Source: an uncultured Actinomycetota bacterium
Lineage (GTDB): Bacteria > Actinomycetota > Actinomycetes > Mycobacteriales > Mycobacteriaceae
Direction of reading: 5' to 3'
NCBI GenBank assembly: GCA_963775205.1
Contig: CAVZHV010000002.1
Coordinates: forward strand, 1,174,608-1,238,607
Length of the DNA stretch: 64,000 nucleotides
Every line of letters starts with the position of its first letter. Position 1 is the stretch's first letter. Made by a program: the position numbers and the translations under genes. This document shows positions 32,667 to 42,397 of the stretch, piece by piece. The notes under the pieces are model-generated. The model worked only from the letters and a program-made list of their open reading frames with translations. It was not told the DNA's origin and did not search any database.

Positions 32667-33047
32667 ATGGACCAACAGCATGCGATCCGGTTGGCCGAGC
32701 GACTGCTCGAGTCGTGGAACACGCAAGAGGTCGAGCGCGTCGTCGACTGCTACACCGAGGACGTCCGCTACCGCGATCCGAACACGCGCGGCTTCGTCGA
32801 GGGCGCTGATGCGCTGCGCCGCTACTTGACGAAGCTTTTCGAACGGTGGCAGATGCACTGGGCGCTGCGTGAGGCGTATCCCCTCCGGGACGCGGAGGGA
32901 GCGGCCGTTCTCTGGCGTGCCACGCTTCGCCCGCGGGGCGGCGACAGCGAGGTCGAGATCGACGGCATGGACCTGGCCTTGGCCGAGGGAAATCGACTGA
33001 GCCGCAACGATGTCTACTTCGACCGGGCGGCCCTGGCGTCGCTGTAG
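32667..33047 (+). CDS. SnoaL/NTF2-like protein
   Basis: SWNTQEVERVVDCYTEDVRYRDP...GADALRRY...YFD. Confidence 0.85.
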   Translation: MDQQHAIRLAERLLESWNTQEVERVVDCYTEDVRYRDPNTRGFVEGADALRRYLTKLFERWQMHWALREAYPLRDAEGAAVLWRATLRPRGGDSEVEIDGMDLALAEGNRLSRNDVYFDRAALASL

Positions 33048-33054
33048 CTCTCGT

Positions 33055-33116
33055 CGCCGAGACTACGGTTATGTACAGAAAACGCTGATTTTTCGTCCAA
33101 AAGCGTAGTCTCGGCG
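33055..33116. repeat. 62-bp palindromic REP-like element
   Basis: CGCCGAGACTACG...CGTAGTCTCGGCG perfect 13-bp arms. Confidence 0.8.
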
Positions 33117-33136
33117 CGCTTGCGCGCTTGCGCGCG

Positions 33137-33784
33137 TCACCAGCTGTCGAAGTGCACGATCTTCTCGGCGGGCAGCCGCTTGGCCGGCTTAAAGTCGGTG
33201 CCTTTGGTGTAGGCGATCGGGAACAGCCCGCCCTGGCTGTACTTGTCGAACGGGATGCCCAGCAGGTCGGCGGCCTGGCGCTCGCCGTCGCCGAGCAGGT
33301 GCAGCGTCGTCCAGGCCGATCCCAGCCCGCGTGAGCGCAACGCCAGCATGTAGCTCCAGGCGGCGGGAAGCAGCGAGCCCCAGAACGACGCGCTGAGTTC
33401 CGGTGCCATGTCGACGCGGCCTTCCAGGCACGGCACCAGCAGCACAGGGGCTTCGTGCATGTGCTCGGCCAAATACATCGCCGATGACACCACCCGCTCC
33501 CGCTGCTCGGCGCGGCTGTCGCCGGCCGCATATTTCGGGGGCGGCATGTTGCGGTACGCCTCGAAATTCTTCCGGTAAATGTCGGCGAGCACCTTCTTCT
33601 TCTCGGCGTCTTCGACGAACACCCACTGCCAGCCCTGCTGGTTGGAGCCCGTGGGCGCCTGGATGGCCAGCTCGAGGCATTCCAGCAGCACCTCCCGGGG
33701 CACCGGCTTCTCGAAGTCGAGTCGCTTGCGAACCGAGCGGGTGGTCGTCAGGACTTCGTCGACCGAAAGATTCAGGGGTGCCAT
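33137..33784 (-). CDS. Nitroreductase family protein (Rv3368c-like)
   Basis: TTTRSVRKRLD, QAPTGSNQQGW, LRSRGLGSAWTT. Confidence 0.92.
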   Translation of the reverse strand: MAPLNLSVDEVLTTTRSVRKRLDFEKPVPREVLLECLELAIQAPTGSNQQGWQWVFVEDAEKKKVLADIYRKNFEAYRNMPPPKYAAGDSRAEQRERVVSSAMYLAEHMHEAPVLLVPCLEGRVDMAPELSASFWGSLLPAAWSYMLALRSRGLGSAWTTLHLLGDGERQAADLLGIPFDKYSQGGLFPIAYTKGTDFKPAKRLPAEKIVHFDSW

Positions 33785-33807
33785 GGTTGGAGACTACATT
33801 CGCGTTC

Positions 33808-34224
33808 ATGACAGCCGAATTGACGCAGGAGGTCTCCGAAAGGCTCCAGTCCGACCGCCATGGGTGGTTGACGACGGTGGCGAAATCCGGTCAGCCTGTT
33901 CCCCGTTTGGTGTGGTTCTACTTCGACGGCGACGAAATCACCATCTACTCCGAGCCCAGCGCGGCGAAGGTCGGACACATCAAAGCCCGACCGCGAGTGA
34001 GCCTGAACCTGGACTCCGACGGCAACGGCGGCGGGGTGGTCGCCGTCGGCGGCGAAGCCAGAGTCGACGCGGTCGATGCGGATCCGCTTGCAGACCAGCA
34101 GTACAACGCCAAGTACGGCGAGTACGCGAAAAACCTAGGGTTCAGCGAGGAGTTTCTCGCCGCCTACAACACCCGGCTGAAGATCCGCATCGACAAGGTG
34201 TGGACGACGCCGGCGGCAGAGTAG
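33808..34224 (+). CDS. PPOX-class F420-dependent oxidoreductase (Rv3369-like)
   Basis: GWLTTVAKSGQPVPRLVWF, PRVSLNLDSDG. Confidence 0.88.
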   Translation: MTAELTQEVSERLQSDRHGWLTTVAKSGQPVPRLVWFYFDGDEITIYSEPSAAKVGHIKARPRVSLNLDSDGNGGGVVAVGGEARVDAVDADPLADQQYNAKYGEYAKNLGFSEEFLAAYNTRLKIRIDKVWTTPAAE

Positions 34225-34234
34225 TCACCTCCCC

Positions 34235-34296
34235 CGCGAGCGTGCGTCAAATGCCACTCCGCCCGGCGTGTCATCGGCATGACGCGCACGCTCGCG
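34235..34296. repeat. 62-bp palindromic REP-like element
   Basis: CGCGAGCGTGCG...CGCACGCTCGCG arms between convergent genes. Confidence 0.8.
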
Positions 34297-34303
34297 CAAG
34301 GGG

Positions 34304-37300
34304 CTAGCGGAAGTCGCGGGACTTGGATCCGATGGCCAGCTCGATGCGGCCCAGCCGCTCTGCCACCACCGTGACGGCGCCGGTGGCGTTCTGAAGCTGA
34401 CCGCGAATCAGCATGGCCGGTGCGGTCTGCGCGACGCGGCGGTGCCTGGCCCAGACCCCCGGCGTGCACAGGACATTGACCATTCCGGTCTCGTCCTCGA
34501 GGTTCAAAAACGTCACTCCCCGGGCGGTGCCGGGCCGCTGTCGGTGCGTCACTGCGCCGGCGATCAGCACTCTGATGCCGTCGGGCACTTTCAGGAGTTG
34601 GTCTGCGGGAATGACGCCGAGCGCGTCGAGGTCGTCGCGCAGGAACTGGGTCGGGTAGCTGTCCGGGGATATGCCGGTGGCCCACACGTCGGCCGTCGAC
34701 AGCTCCAACTCCGTCATCCCGGGCAGCGCCGGGATGTGCGACGACGACCCGACGCCCGGCAGCCGGTCGGGCCTTTCAGTGGCCGCCGCACCCGCCGCCC
34801 ACAGGGCTTCGCGCCGGGTGATGCCGAAGCACCCGAGCGCGCCCGCGGTGGCCAGCGCCTCGGTCTGCGGCACCGTCAGCTGCACGCGTGACGTCAGGTC
34901 CAGCAGAGAAGTGAAGGCGCCGTTGGCCTTTCGCTCGTCGACGAGTTTTTGCGCCAGCTCGTCGCCGATGTGTCGGACGGCGCCCATCCCGAGCCGCACC
35001 TCGGTGCCCGCGCTTTCCAGTGTGGCGTGCGCGAGGCTGGCGTTGACGTCCGGGTTGTGCACCAGGACCCCGTGCCGCCGCGCGTCGGCGACTAGTGACT
35101 GCGGCGAGTAGAAGCCCATCGGCTGCGCCCGCAGCAGCGCGGCGCAGAACGCCGCGGGGTGGTGCAGCTTGAACCACGACGAGTAGAACACCAGCGACGC
35201 GAAGCTCAAGGCGTGGCTCTCCGGAAACCCGAAATTGGCGAAGGCTTCCAGCTTTTCGTAGATCCGGTCGGCCACGTCGCCGGTGATGCCGTGCCGCTGG
35301 CGCATGCCGTCGTAGAACCGTCCGCGCAGCCGTCGCATCTTCTCGGTGGACCGCTTGGAGCCCATCGCGCGCCGCAGCTGGTCGGCCTCGGCGCCGGTGA
35401 AGCCGGCGCAGTCGACGGCCAGCTGCATCAGCTGCTCCTGAAACAGCGGAACGCCTAACGTCTTTCGCAGCGCCGACTCCATCGACGGGTGGTCGTAGGT
35501 GACCGGTTCCTCGCCGTTGCGCCGCTTGATGTACGGGTGCACCGAGCCGCCCTGGATCGGGCCGGGCCGGATCAGCGCAACCTCGACGACGAGGTCGTAG
35601 AAGATTCGCGGCTTCAGCCGGGGCAGCGTGGCCATCTGCGCGCGCGACTCCACCTGGAAGACGCCGACCGAATCGGCCTTCTGCAGCATCTCGTACACCG
35701 CCGGCTCGGACAGGTCGAGCTTGGCCAGGTCGACGTCGATGCCTTTGTGCTCGCGCACCAGGTCGATGGCATAGTGCAGCGCGGACAGCATGCCCAGGCC
35801 GAGCAGGTCGAACTTGACCAATCCGATTGCGGCACAGTCATCTTTGTCCCACTGCAGCACACTGCGGTTCTCCATGCGGGCCCATTCCACCGGGCACACG
35901 TCGGCGATGGGCCGGTCGCAGATCACCATGCCGCCCGAGTGGATGCCCATGTGCCGTGGCAGGTTGGAGATCTGCAGCGCCAAATCGATCACCGGCTCGG
36001 GGATGTCCTCGACGTCGGGAGAGTCGGCAACGCCGTCTGATTGCTGCTCTCGCAGCGTGTTCCACCGGCTGATCTGCTTGCTCCACGCGTCCTGCTGCCC
36101 TTGCGAAAAGCCGAGCGCACGAGCCATGTCCCGCACCGCGCTGCGGCCGCGGTAGGTGATGACGTTGGCCACCTGCGCGGCGTAGTCGCGGCCGTAGCGG
36201 TCGTAGACGTACTGGATCGCCTTCTCGCGCAGGTCCGATTCGATATCGATGTCGATGTCCGGCGGCCCGTCGCGCTCGGGCGACAGGAACCGCTCGAACA
36301 GCAGCTCGTTGGCCACCGGGTCGACAGCGGTGACACCCAGTGCGTAGCAGACCGCCGAGTTGGCCGCCGATCCCCTGCCCTGGCACAGGATTTCGTTCTC
36401 CCCGCAGAAGCGGGTGATGTCGTGCACCACGAGGAAATAGCCCGGGAACTGCAGTCGCTTGATCACTTCCAGCTCGTGCTCGATCTGGGCGTAGGCCCGT
36501 GGCGCGCGGTCGGGCGGCCCGTATCGCCGGCGCGCCCCCTGCATGGTCAGGTGACGAAGCCAGCTGTCTTCGGTGTGCCCGTCGGGCACGTCGAACGGCG
36601 GTAGCTGCGGCGCGATGAGTTCCAGCGCGAACGCGCACTGCTCGGCGAGGCCGACGGCTGCCGTCACCACTTTCGACGGGAACAACTGCGCCATCTCGGC
36701 TCCGGATCGCAGATGCGAACCCCCCAGCGGCGCAAGGTATCCGGCGGCCTCGTCGAGGGAATGCCGGGCGCGGATGGCGCCCATCGCCATGGCCAGCCGG
36801 GCCCGCGACGGCTCTGCGAAGTGCGCGGCGGTGGTGGCGACTACGCCCACGCCGAAACTGGATGCCAAGCTTGCTAACGCGGCGTTGTGCTCGTCGTCAA
36901 GCGGCTGGCCGTGCTTCGTGAGCTCGATGCTGACACGGTCTGCGCCGAACCGGTCCACCAGGTCGGCCAGTGCCTTCTCGGCCGCCACCGGCCCTTGCGT
37001 CGTAAGTGTTTGGCGCACATGGCCTTTGCGGCATCCGGTGAGGATGTGCCAGTGCCCGTCGGCAGCGTCGGTGAGTGCGTCGAAGTCGTAGCGCGGCTTG
37101 CCTTTCCCGCCGCCGGCCAAGTGCGCCTTCGATATCTGGCGGGACAGCCGTCGGTAGCCTTCCGGCCCGCGGGCCAGTACCAGCAGGTGCGGTCCGGGCG
37201 GATCGGGGTCCTCGGTGCGGGGTTTGTTGGCCAGCGACAGCTCGGCGCCGAACACCGTGCGCATGCCCAGTTCCTTGGCGGCCTCGGCGAACCGCACCAC

Positions 37301-37606
37301 GCCGTAGAGGCCGTCGTGGTCGGTCAGCGCGATGGCGCGAAGATCCAGCCTCACTGCTTCCTCGACGAGTTCTTCGGGGGTCGCGGCGCCGTCGAGGAAG
37401 CTGTAGGCGGAATGTGCGTGGAGTTCGGCGTAGGGGACGCTGGATGGGGCCGGCTGAACGTCAGGCCTGCGGTAGGCATCGCGCTTGCTGGAGAACGCCG
37501 GACCACCGGGGTCGGCAGGTTCCTCCAACGGCGCCCCGGCGCGGCGGGGCTTGCTGTTGAGCACCCGCTGGATCTCGCCCCAGCTCGGCCCGGTGAACCA
37601 GCCCAT
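34304..37606 (-). CDS. dnaE2: Error-prone DNA polymerase
   Basis: YAELHAHSAYSFLDG PHP domain, GRGSAANS, PPDIDID, C-terminal SRDFR motif. Confidence 0.97.
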   Translation of the reverse strand: MGWFTGPSWGEIQRVLNSKPRRAGAPLEEPADPGGPAFSSKRDAYRRPDVQPAPSSVPYAELHAHSAYSFLDGAATPEELVEEAVRLDLRAIALTDHDGLYGVVRFAEAAKELGMRTVFGAELSLANKPRTEDPDPPGPHLLVLARGPEGYRRLSRQISKAHLAGGGKGKPRYDFDALTDAADGHWHILTGCRKGHVRQTLTTQGPVAAEKALADLVDRFGADRVSIELTKHGQPLDDEHNAALASLASSFGVGVVATTAAHFAEPSRARLAMAMGAIRARHSLDEAAGYLAPLGGSHLRSGAEMAQLFPSKVVTAAVGLAEQCAFALELIAPQLPPFDVPDGHTEDSWLRHLTMQGARRRYGPPDRAPRAYAQIEHELEVIKRLQFPGYFLVVHDITRFCGENEILCQGRGSAANSAVCYALGVTAVDPVANELLFERFLSPERDGPPDIDIDIESDLREKAIQYVYDRYGRDYAAQVANVITYRGRSAVRDMARALGFSQGQQDAWSKQISRWNTLREQQSDGVADSPDVEDIPEPVIDLALQISNLPRHMGIHSGGMVICDRPIADVCPVEWARMENRSVLQWDKDDCAAIGLVKFDLLGLGMLSALHYAIDLVREHKGIDVDLAKLDLSEPAVYEMLQKADSVGVFQVESRAQMATLPRLKPRIFYDLVVEVALIRPGPIQGGSVHPYIKRRNGEEPVTYDHPSMESALRKTLGVPLFQEQLMQLAVDCAGFTGAEADQLRRAMGSKRSTEKMRRLRGRFYDGMRQRHGITGDVADRIYEKLEAFANFGFPESHALSFASLVFYSSWFKLHHPAAFCAALLRAQPMGFYSPQSLVADARRHGVLVHNPDVNASLAHATLESAGTEVRLGMGAVRHIGDELAQKLVDERKANGAFTSLLDLTSRVQLTVPQTEALATAGALGCFGITRREALWAAGAAATERPDRLPGVGSSSHIPALPGMTELELSTADVWATGISPDSYPTQFLRDDLDALGVIPADQLLKVPDGIRVLIAGAVTHRQRPGTARGVTFLNLEDETGMVNVLCTPGVWARHRRVAQTAPAMLIRGQLQNATGAVTVVAERLGRIELAIGSKSRDFR

Positions 37607-37618
37607 CGCAGCATTCTA

Positions 37619-37634
37619 TCGAACGCATGTTCGA
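37619..37634. promoter_or_regulatory. LexA (SOS) box for dnaE2
   Basis: TCGAAC-GCAT-GTTCGA perfect actinobacterial consensus, adjacent to TAGAAT -10 lying 6 nt before ATG (leaderless). Confidence 0.92.
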
Positions 37635-37742
37635 GCACGCTACTGCGCCGAAATAGCATTCCATGTCGTTGTCCGGCTCGTTCCACGACGCTGGCTTATA
37701 TCTCGGCGATGAATCTCGAGCCGCGCGACGGTCTACACAGAC

Positions 37743-38441
37743 ATGACCGAGAAATCATCCGCAAAGCCGCCCGTCGTCGACCAGCAGAGTTGGCGCCGCG
37801 CGCTCGACGAGCTGCGCCGACGGGAGAAGGCCGCGACCCGAGAGCTCGACGCCATCGCCGCTCAGCGCCGCCGGCTGCCGATGGTCGAGATGCCCGACTA
37901 CACCCTGATCGGCAAGGACGGGCCCGTCCGGCTGGCCGAGGTGTTCGAGGGCAAGTCGCAGCTGATCGTCTACAACCACATGTGGGAGGACGGCGCGCAG
38001 TGGCAGTGCGGCGGCTGCACCGGCTTCACGTCCCAATTCACCCGGCTGGAGTTCCTGGCCAACTACGACGCCCGCTTCGTCATCGTCACCAACGGTCCGA
38101 TCGAGGAAGCGCTGGCCTACCGCGACAAGGTCGGCAACACGATGGACTGGTACTCGTCGTCGGAGAGCACGTTTGGCGCCGACGTCGACGCACCACCCGG
38201 CGGCGGGTTCGCCGTCAACGTGTTCCTGCGTGACGTCCACACCGTCTATCGCACCTGGCACACCAACGGCCGCGGCACCGAACAGCTGAGCCACTCGTTC
38301 GCGCTCATCGACATCCTCCCGTGGGGCCGCCAGGAGGAATGGCAGGACTCGCCCGATGGCTGGCCGTCGAGGCCCACCTATTCGGGCTGGCTCGACTCAC
38401 CTGACATCGCGCGGTTCTACGGACCGGGATCTGACCGCTAG
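37743..38441 (+). CDS. DUF899 thioredoxin-like protein
   Basis: REKAATRELDAIAAQRRRLPMV, CGGC, PWGRQEEW. Confidence 0.88.
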   Translation: MTEKSSAKPPVVDQQSWRRALDELRRREKAATRELDAIAAQRRRLPMVEMPDYTLIGKDGPVRLAEVFEGKSQLIVYNHMWEDGAQWQCGGCTGFTSQFTRLEFLANYDARFVIVTNGPIEEALAYRDKVGNTMDWYSSSESTFGADVDAPPGGGFAVNVFLRDVHTVYRTWHTNGRGTEQLSHSFALIDILPWGRQEEWQDSPDGWPSRPTYSGWLDSPDIARFYGPGSDR

Positions 38442-38454
38442 AGGGTCATCGGAG

Positions 38455-39326
38455 ATGATCGGTCGCGTGGCCGAAACGCTGACCGACATCCTGGCGCTTC
38501 TCGACCTCGAGCCTGCCGGGCCCGACGCCTTCGACGGGGCGCAGCCCGCCGACAGTCGCAACGTCCGGGTGTTCGGCGGCCAGGTGGCGGCACAGGCCCT
38601 CATGGCAGCGGGCCTGACAGCCGCCGACCGCGCCCCTCACAGCCTCCATCTCTATTTCCTGCGTCCGGGCGACCCGCGGGAGCCGTTGCGCTACACCGTC
38701 ACTCGCCTCCGCGACGGTGGCACCTTCTCAGCGCGCGCTGTTGCCGTCACCCAGGGAGACGACCGCGTCATCCTCGAAGCGCTGGCGTCGTTCACCGAGG
38801 ACGCGCTTCCGGCGGAATCGACTGCCACAACAGCCCATCCCGAACGTGCCGGCCCCGGAAACATTGCATGCCCATGGAGATTCAGCTCGCCGACTACGCC
38901 GACGAACTCGACGGCTTCTGGGTGCAGCCGCGTGCGGTCAGCATGCGCTACGTCGATCCGCCGCCGCTATTAGCAGCCGACCTCCCCGAGCCACCCGGTG
39001 CCGCCACCCGGCTGTGGTTCCGCGCCGACGGCGACGTTCCCGCCGACCCGCTCACCGCGTTCAGCCTGCTCGCCTACATCAGCGACTGGTCCATCCTCGA
39101 CCCGGTGCTGTACATGACCCGCCGCCCGCCGGTGGCCGACAGCATCGCGTCCCTCGACCACGCGATGTGGTTTCACCGGCCACCCGACTTCTCGGATTGG
39201 CTGCTCTATGACCAGCACTCGCCCAGCGGCATCGGCGCACGCGGGCTGTCCAACGGTGCGATCTACAACCGCGCGGGACAACTCGTCTGCACCGTGGTGC
39301 AGGAGGGCTATCTAGGTCGCGGCTAG
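38455..39326 (+). CDS. Acyl-CoA thioesterase II (TesB family), two frameshifts near 38815-38870
   Basis: VFGGQVAAQAL, HSLHLYFLRPGD; C-half AYISD, SLDHAMWFH, VVQEG. Confidence 0.8.
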
Positions 39327-39336
39327 CCGACCCAAG

Positions 39337-39915
39337 CGCCCAACGTGCGTCTACGGCGAAAAAACCGCTCACCGGCAAGAGCCGCCACCTTGTTGGGACG
39401 GCATCGCTCGACCATCGGTCGTGAGATGCAGCGCGGAATGACAAAGTCGGGATACCGTGCCCGAATCGCGCAGGACGCGGTCGAGGCCAACCTCGCCCGG
39501 CCCAAGTCACGCCGGCTCGACGACAACCCTGCCTTGTTGGCCGAGGTTTTGCGACGCTTACAGCAGCGGCACAGTCCCGAGCAGATCGCGGGCCGGCTGC
39601 GTGAAGACTTCCCCGACGATCCGGAGATGTGGGTGTCACACGAAACGATTTATCAGGCCATGTACGTCGAGCCCCGCGGAGAACTGGCCAGGCTGGTCAA
39701 GACCGCGCTGCGGACAGGCAGGACGCAACGCAAACCCCAGGGCCGCAAGGAAACCGGCAGTCGAGGTCAACTCAAGGACATGATCAATATCTCCGAGCGT
39801 CCTGCCGAGGCCGACGACCGGGCCATTCCCGGACACTGGGAGGGTGACCTGATCGTCGGCGCCAACGGCCACTTGAGCCTGAGCGCGAAAATTCGCCCTG
39901 AGCGCACGCTCGGCG
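39337..39915 (+). mobile_element. IS30-family transposase fragment enclosed by REP-like arms
   Basis: LGRHRSTIGRE, SPEQIAGRL, VSHETIYQ, ISERPAEADDRAIPGHWEGDLIVG; ends just after the first DDE aspartate. Confidence 0.85.
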
Positions 39916-39926
39916 GAGGGTAAGGG

Positions 39927-40696
39927 TTAGTGCGTCGCGTCGGCCGGCGCGCCGCCCTCGAGCCACTCGTCGAACGTGGTCGGCGCGATGACGGCTCCGG
40001 GCCCCGGCAGCAGCACTTCGCCCGCCATCTCGATACTGAACGGCTGGTCGCGCCAGCTGGCGCGGATCGCCCGTTGGTCGCCGCGCACAAGTAGCGTCCG
40101 TCGGGCCATGTCGACGAGGTCGTGCGTGTCCGGGCCGGCAAAGTCGGGCGCGAGACCCAGAATAGACTGCGCGCCGGCGATCTCGGCCAGCCGCGCGGCC
40201 ACGTCATCTGACGAAACAGGCTGAAGCAGAAGCGGCGGCAGCGTCGCCACCCCGTCGACCGTCGTCCAGTCGGCGACCATCGCGGGGAAGTCGAAGAACT
40301 GCGTCGCCCGTTGGATGGTCCAGGCCACGTCACCGCCCGACACCAGCGCCTCCTGCCGGCGCTTGCCGACGTAGTGGGCATTGCCTTCCACCCGATCCAC
40401 GCCGACAATCGACAGCGCGACGTGGTGCTGCACTCCGGAATCACGCTCGGCCGCAAGCAGATTCGACGTAACCGCGTCGAAGAACGCGGTCGTCTCCGCA
40501 GGGTCGGTGGCGTTGCTGCTGGTGACGTCGACGACCGCGTCGACGCCCTCCAGAGCCGCGGCCAGACCGTGGCCGTCCCGCACGTCGATGCCGAGCGAAC
40601 GGGCGATCGGCACGGTCTCGTGCCCGCCGGCCTGCAGCGCGGCCACGGTGCGGTCGCGCCGATCGCGCCGGTGGCGCCGACGACGGCAACCCGCAT
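39927..40696 (-). CDS. NAD(P)H-binding SDR/NmrA-like protein, frameshift near 40655
   Basis: MRVAVVGATGAIG then shifted frame GVDAVVDV...HHVALSIVG...RATQFFDF. Confidence 0.8.
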
Positions 40697-40698
40697 GA

Positions 40699-41568
40699 TC
40701 AGACCCCGTATTCGGCGGTGCCGTCCTCGAGGACGAGCCGGGCATCGGACCCGTCCGGGTTCGACGCCTCGGTGCGGAACACCGCATGGCCCGGCTCGGT
40801 GCGCCAGATCGACGTCGTCAGCGTCTCGCCGGGAAACACCGGAGACGTGAACCGGGCACCGACAGCCGTGACCTTGTGCGCGTCTCCCCCGCCGAGCTCG
40901 GCGACGAGCGCCCGGCCCGCGACACCGTACGTGCACAACCCGTGCAGGATCGGCTTCGGGAACCCGGCCATCTCGCGCGCGAACCACGGATCACTGTGCA
41001 AGGGATTGCGGTCACCGGAGAGCCGGTAGATCAGCGCCTGGTCCTCACGCGTGGGCAGCGCGACCCTGGCGTCCGGCTCGCGGTCCGGAATCGGCGGCGC
41101 GACGGGCCGCTGACCCGGCTGACCGCCGAAGCCGCCCTCCCCGCGGATGACAGCGGTCGTCAGCGTCTCGGCAACGACCTGCGACGTCTCCGGATCGGTG
41201 CCGGTGGCCTTGAGCATGACGACCGCGTTTTTGCCCGGCCCCTTGTCCTGGATGTCGGCGACCTCGGCGACGACGCTCATCTGACCGGCCGGCGGCAGCG
41301 GCGCGAAGAGCCGGATCTGCTGCGAACCGTGCAGCAGCATGGCGAAGTTGAAGGTGCCGATCTTGCCCGCCGCGGCGAACGGCAGGCACGCGATCACGGC
41401 GTACGTCGGCAGAACCTGCTGCGGGGTGTCGTGGCTGTTCTCCGTCGTGAACGCCAGGTCGTCGACGCCGGCGCCGACGCCGAGCGCGTAGAGCAGCGTG
41501 TCGCGGTCGGTCCACTTGAAGAGTTGGGGTTCGGTCTTGGCGCCCACGGCGTTCGGGTCGATCGGCAT
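40699..41568 (-). CDS. htdY: MaoC-type 3-hydroxyacyl-thioester dehydratase (HtdY/Rv3389c-like)
   Basis: WTDRDTLLYALGVGA, YRLSGDRNPLHSDP, ILHGLCTYG. Confidence 0.85.
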   Translation of the reverse strand: MPIDPNAVGAKTEPQLFKWTDRDTLLYALGVGAGVDDLAFTTENSHDTPQQVLPTYAVIACLPFAAAGKIGTFNFAMLLHGSQQIRLFAPLPPAGQMSVVAEVADIQDKGPGKNAVVMLKATGTDPETSQVVAETLTTAVIRGEGGFGGQPGQRPVAPPIPDREPDARVALPTREDQALIYRLSGDRNPLHSDPWFAREMAGFPKPILHGLCTYGVAGRALVAELGGGDAHKVTAVGARFTSPVFPGETLTTSIWRTEPGHAVFRTEASNPDGSDARLVLEDGTAEYGV

Positions 41569-41610
41569 GAAAACTCCCTTCGTCACCAGGACATTAATTA
41601 GCCTCGACCC

Positions 41611-42345
41611 GTGACGTCGATACCCGGCCCCGTCCCGTTCGCGCCGCATCCCGCGGAACCGCATCACGGGGGGGTGGCCGGCAAGCTCAACTGGCTGCGT
41701 GCGGGTGTGCTGGGCGCCAACGACGGAATCGTGTCGACCGCCGGAATCGTGGTCGGCGTCGCCGCGGCCACCGCCGAGCTTGGGCCGGTGTTCACCGCCG
41801 GCATCGCCGGCCTGGTCGCCGGCGCACTGTCGATGGCGGTGGGCGAATACGTCTCCGTGAGCACACAGCGCGACACCGAACGGGCGCTGCTGTCGAAGGA
41901 ACGCGGCGAATTGACGACGCAGCCCGATCTCGAGCTCGACGAACTCACCGCTCTGTACGAGGCACGGGGTCTCAGCCATGAGACGGCGCGCATGGTCGCC
42001 AAGGAGCTCACCGCGCACGACGCGCTCGCCGCGCACGCGGAGGTGGAACTTCGCATCGACCCGAAAGACCTGACGAACCCGTGGCACGCGGCGTTCTCCT
42101 CGGCGATCGCGTTCACCGTCGGTGCGCTGCTGCCGTTGCTCGCGATCCTGCTGCCGCCGCCGGCGCTGCGCATTCCCGTGACGGTCGCGGCGGTTCTGCT
42201 CGCACTTGCGATCACGGGGTGGGCCAGTGCCCGACTCGGGGGCACCAACCCCGTGCGACCTACACTGCGGGTGATCGCAGGCGGTGCCCTGGCGATGGCG
42301 ATCACGTTCGGCATCGGCCATTTGATCGGCGGCGCGGTCGGATAG
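41611..42345 (+). CDS. VIT1/CCC1 Fe/Mn transporter family protein
   Basis: LRAGVLGANDGIVS, AGALSMAVGEYVSVSTQRD. Confidence 0.92.
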   Translation: MTSIPGPVPFAPHPAEPHHGGVAGKLNWLRAGVLGANDGIVSTAGIVVGVAAATAELGPVFTAGIAGLVAGALSMAVGEYVSVSTQRDTERALLSKERGELTTQPDLELDELTALYEARGLSHETARMVAKELTAHDALAAHAEVELRIDPKDLTNPWHAAFSSAIAFTVGALLPLLAILLPPPALRIPVTVAAVLLALAITGWASARLGGTNPVRPTLRVIAGGALAMAITFGIGHLIGGAVG

Positions 42346-42397
42346 GCACGACCACGTCACATTGACCTCGCCTACGCTGGGGACCACGATGGCTCAC

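Noticed and set aside
39345-39923. Intact, active IS30 element
   Set aside because: The DDE domain is truncated after the first Asp and no terminal repeats or target duplication are recognisable
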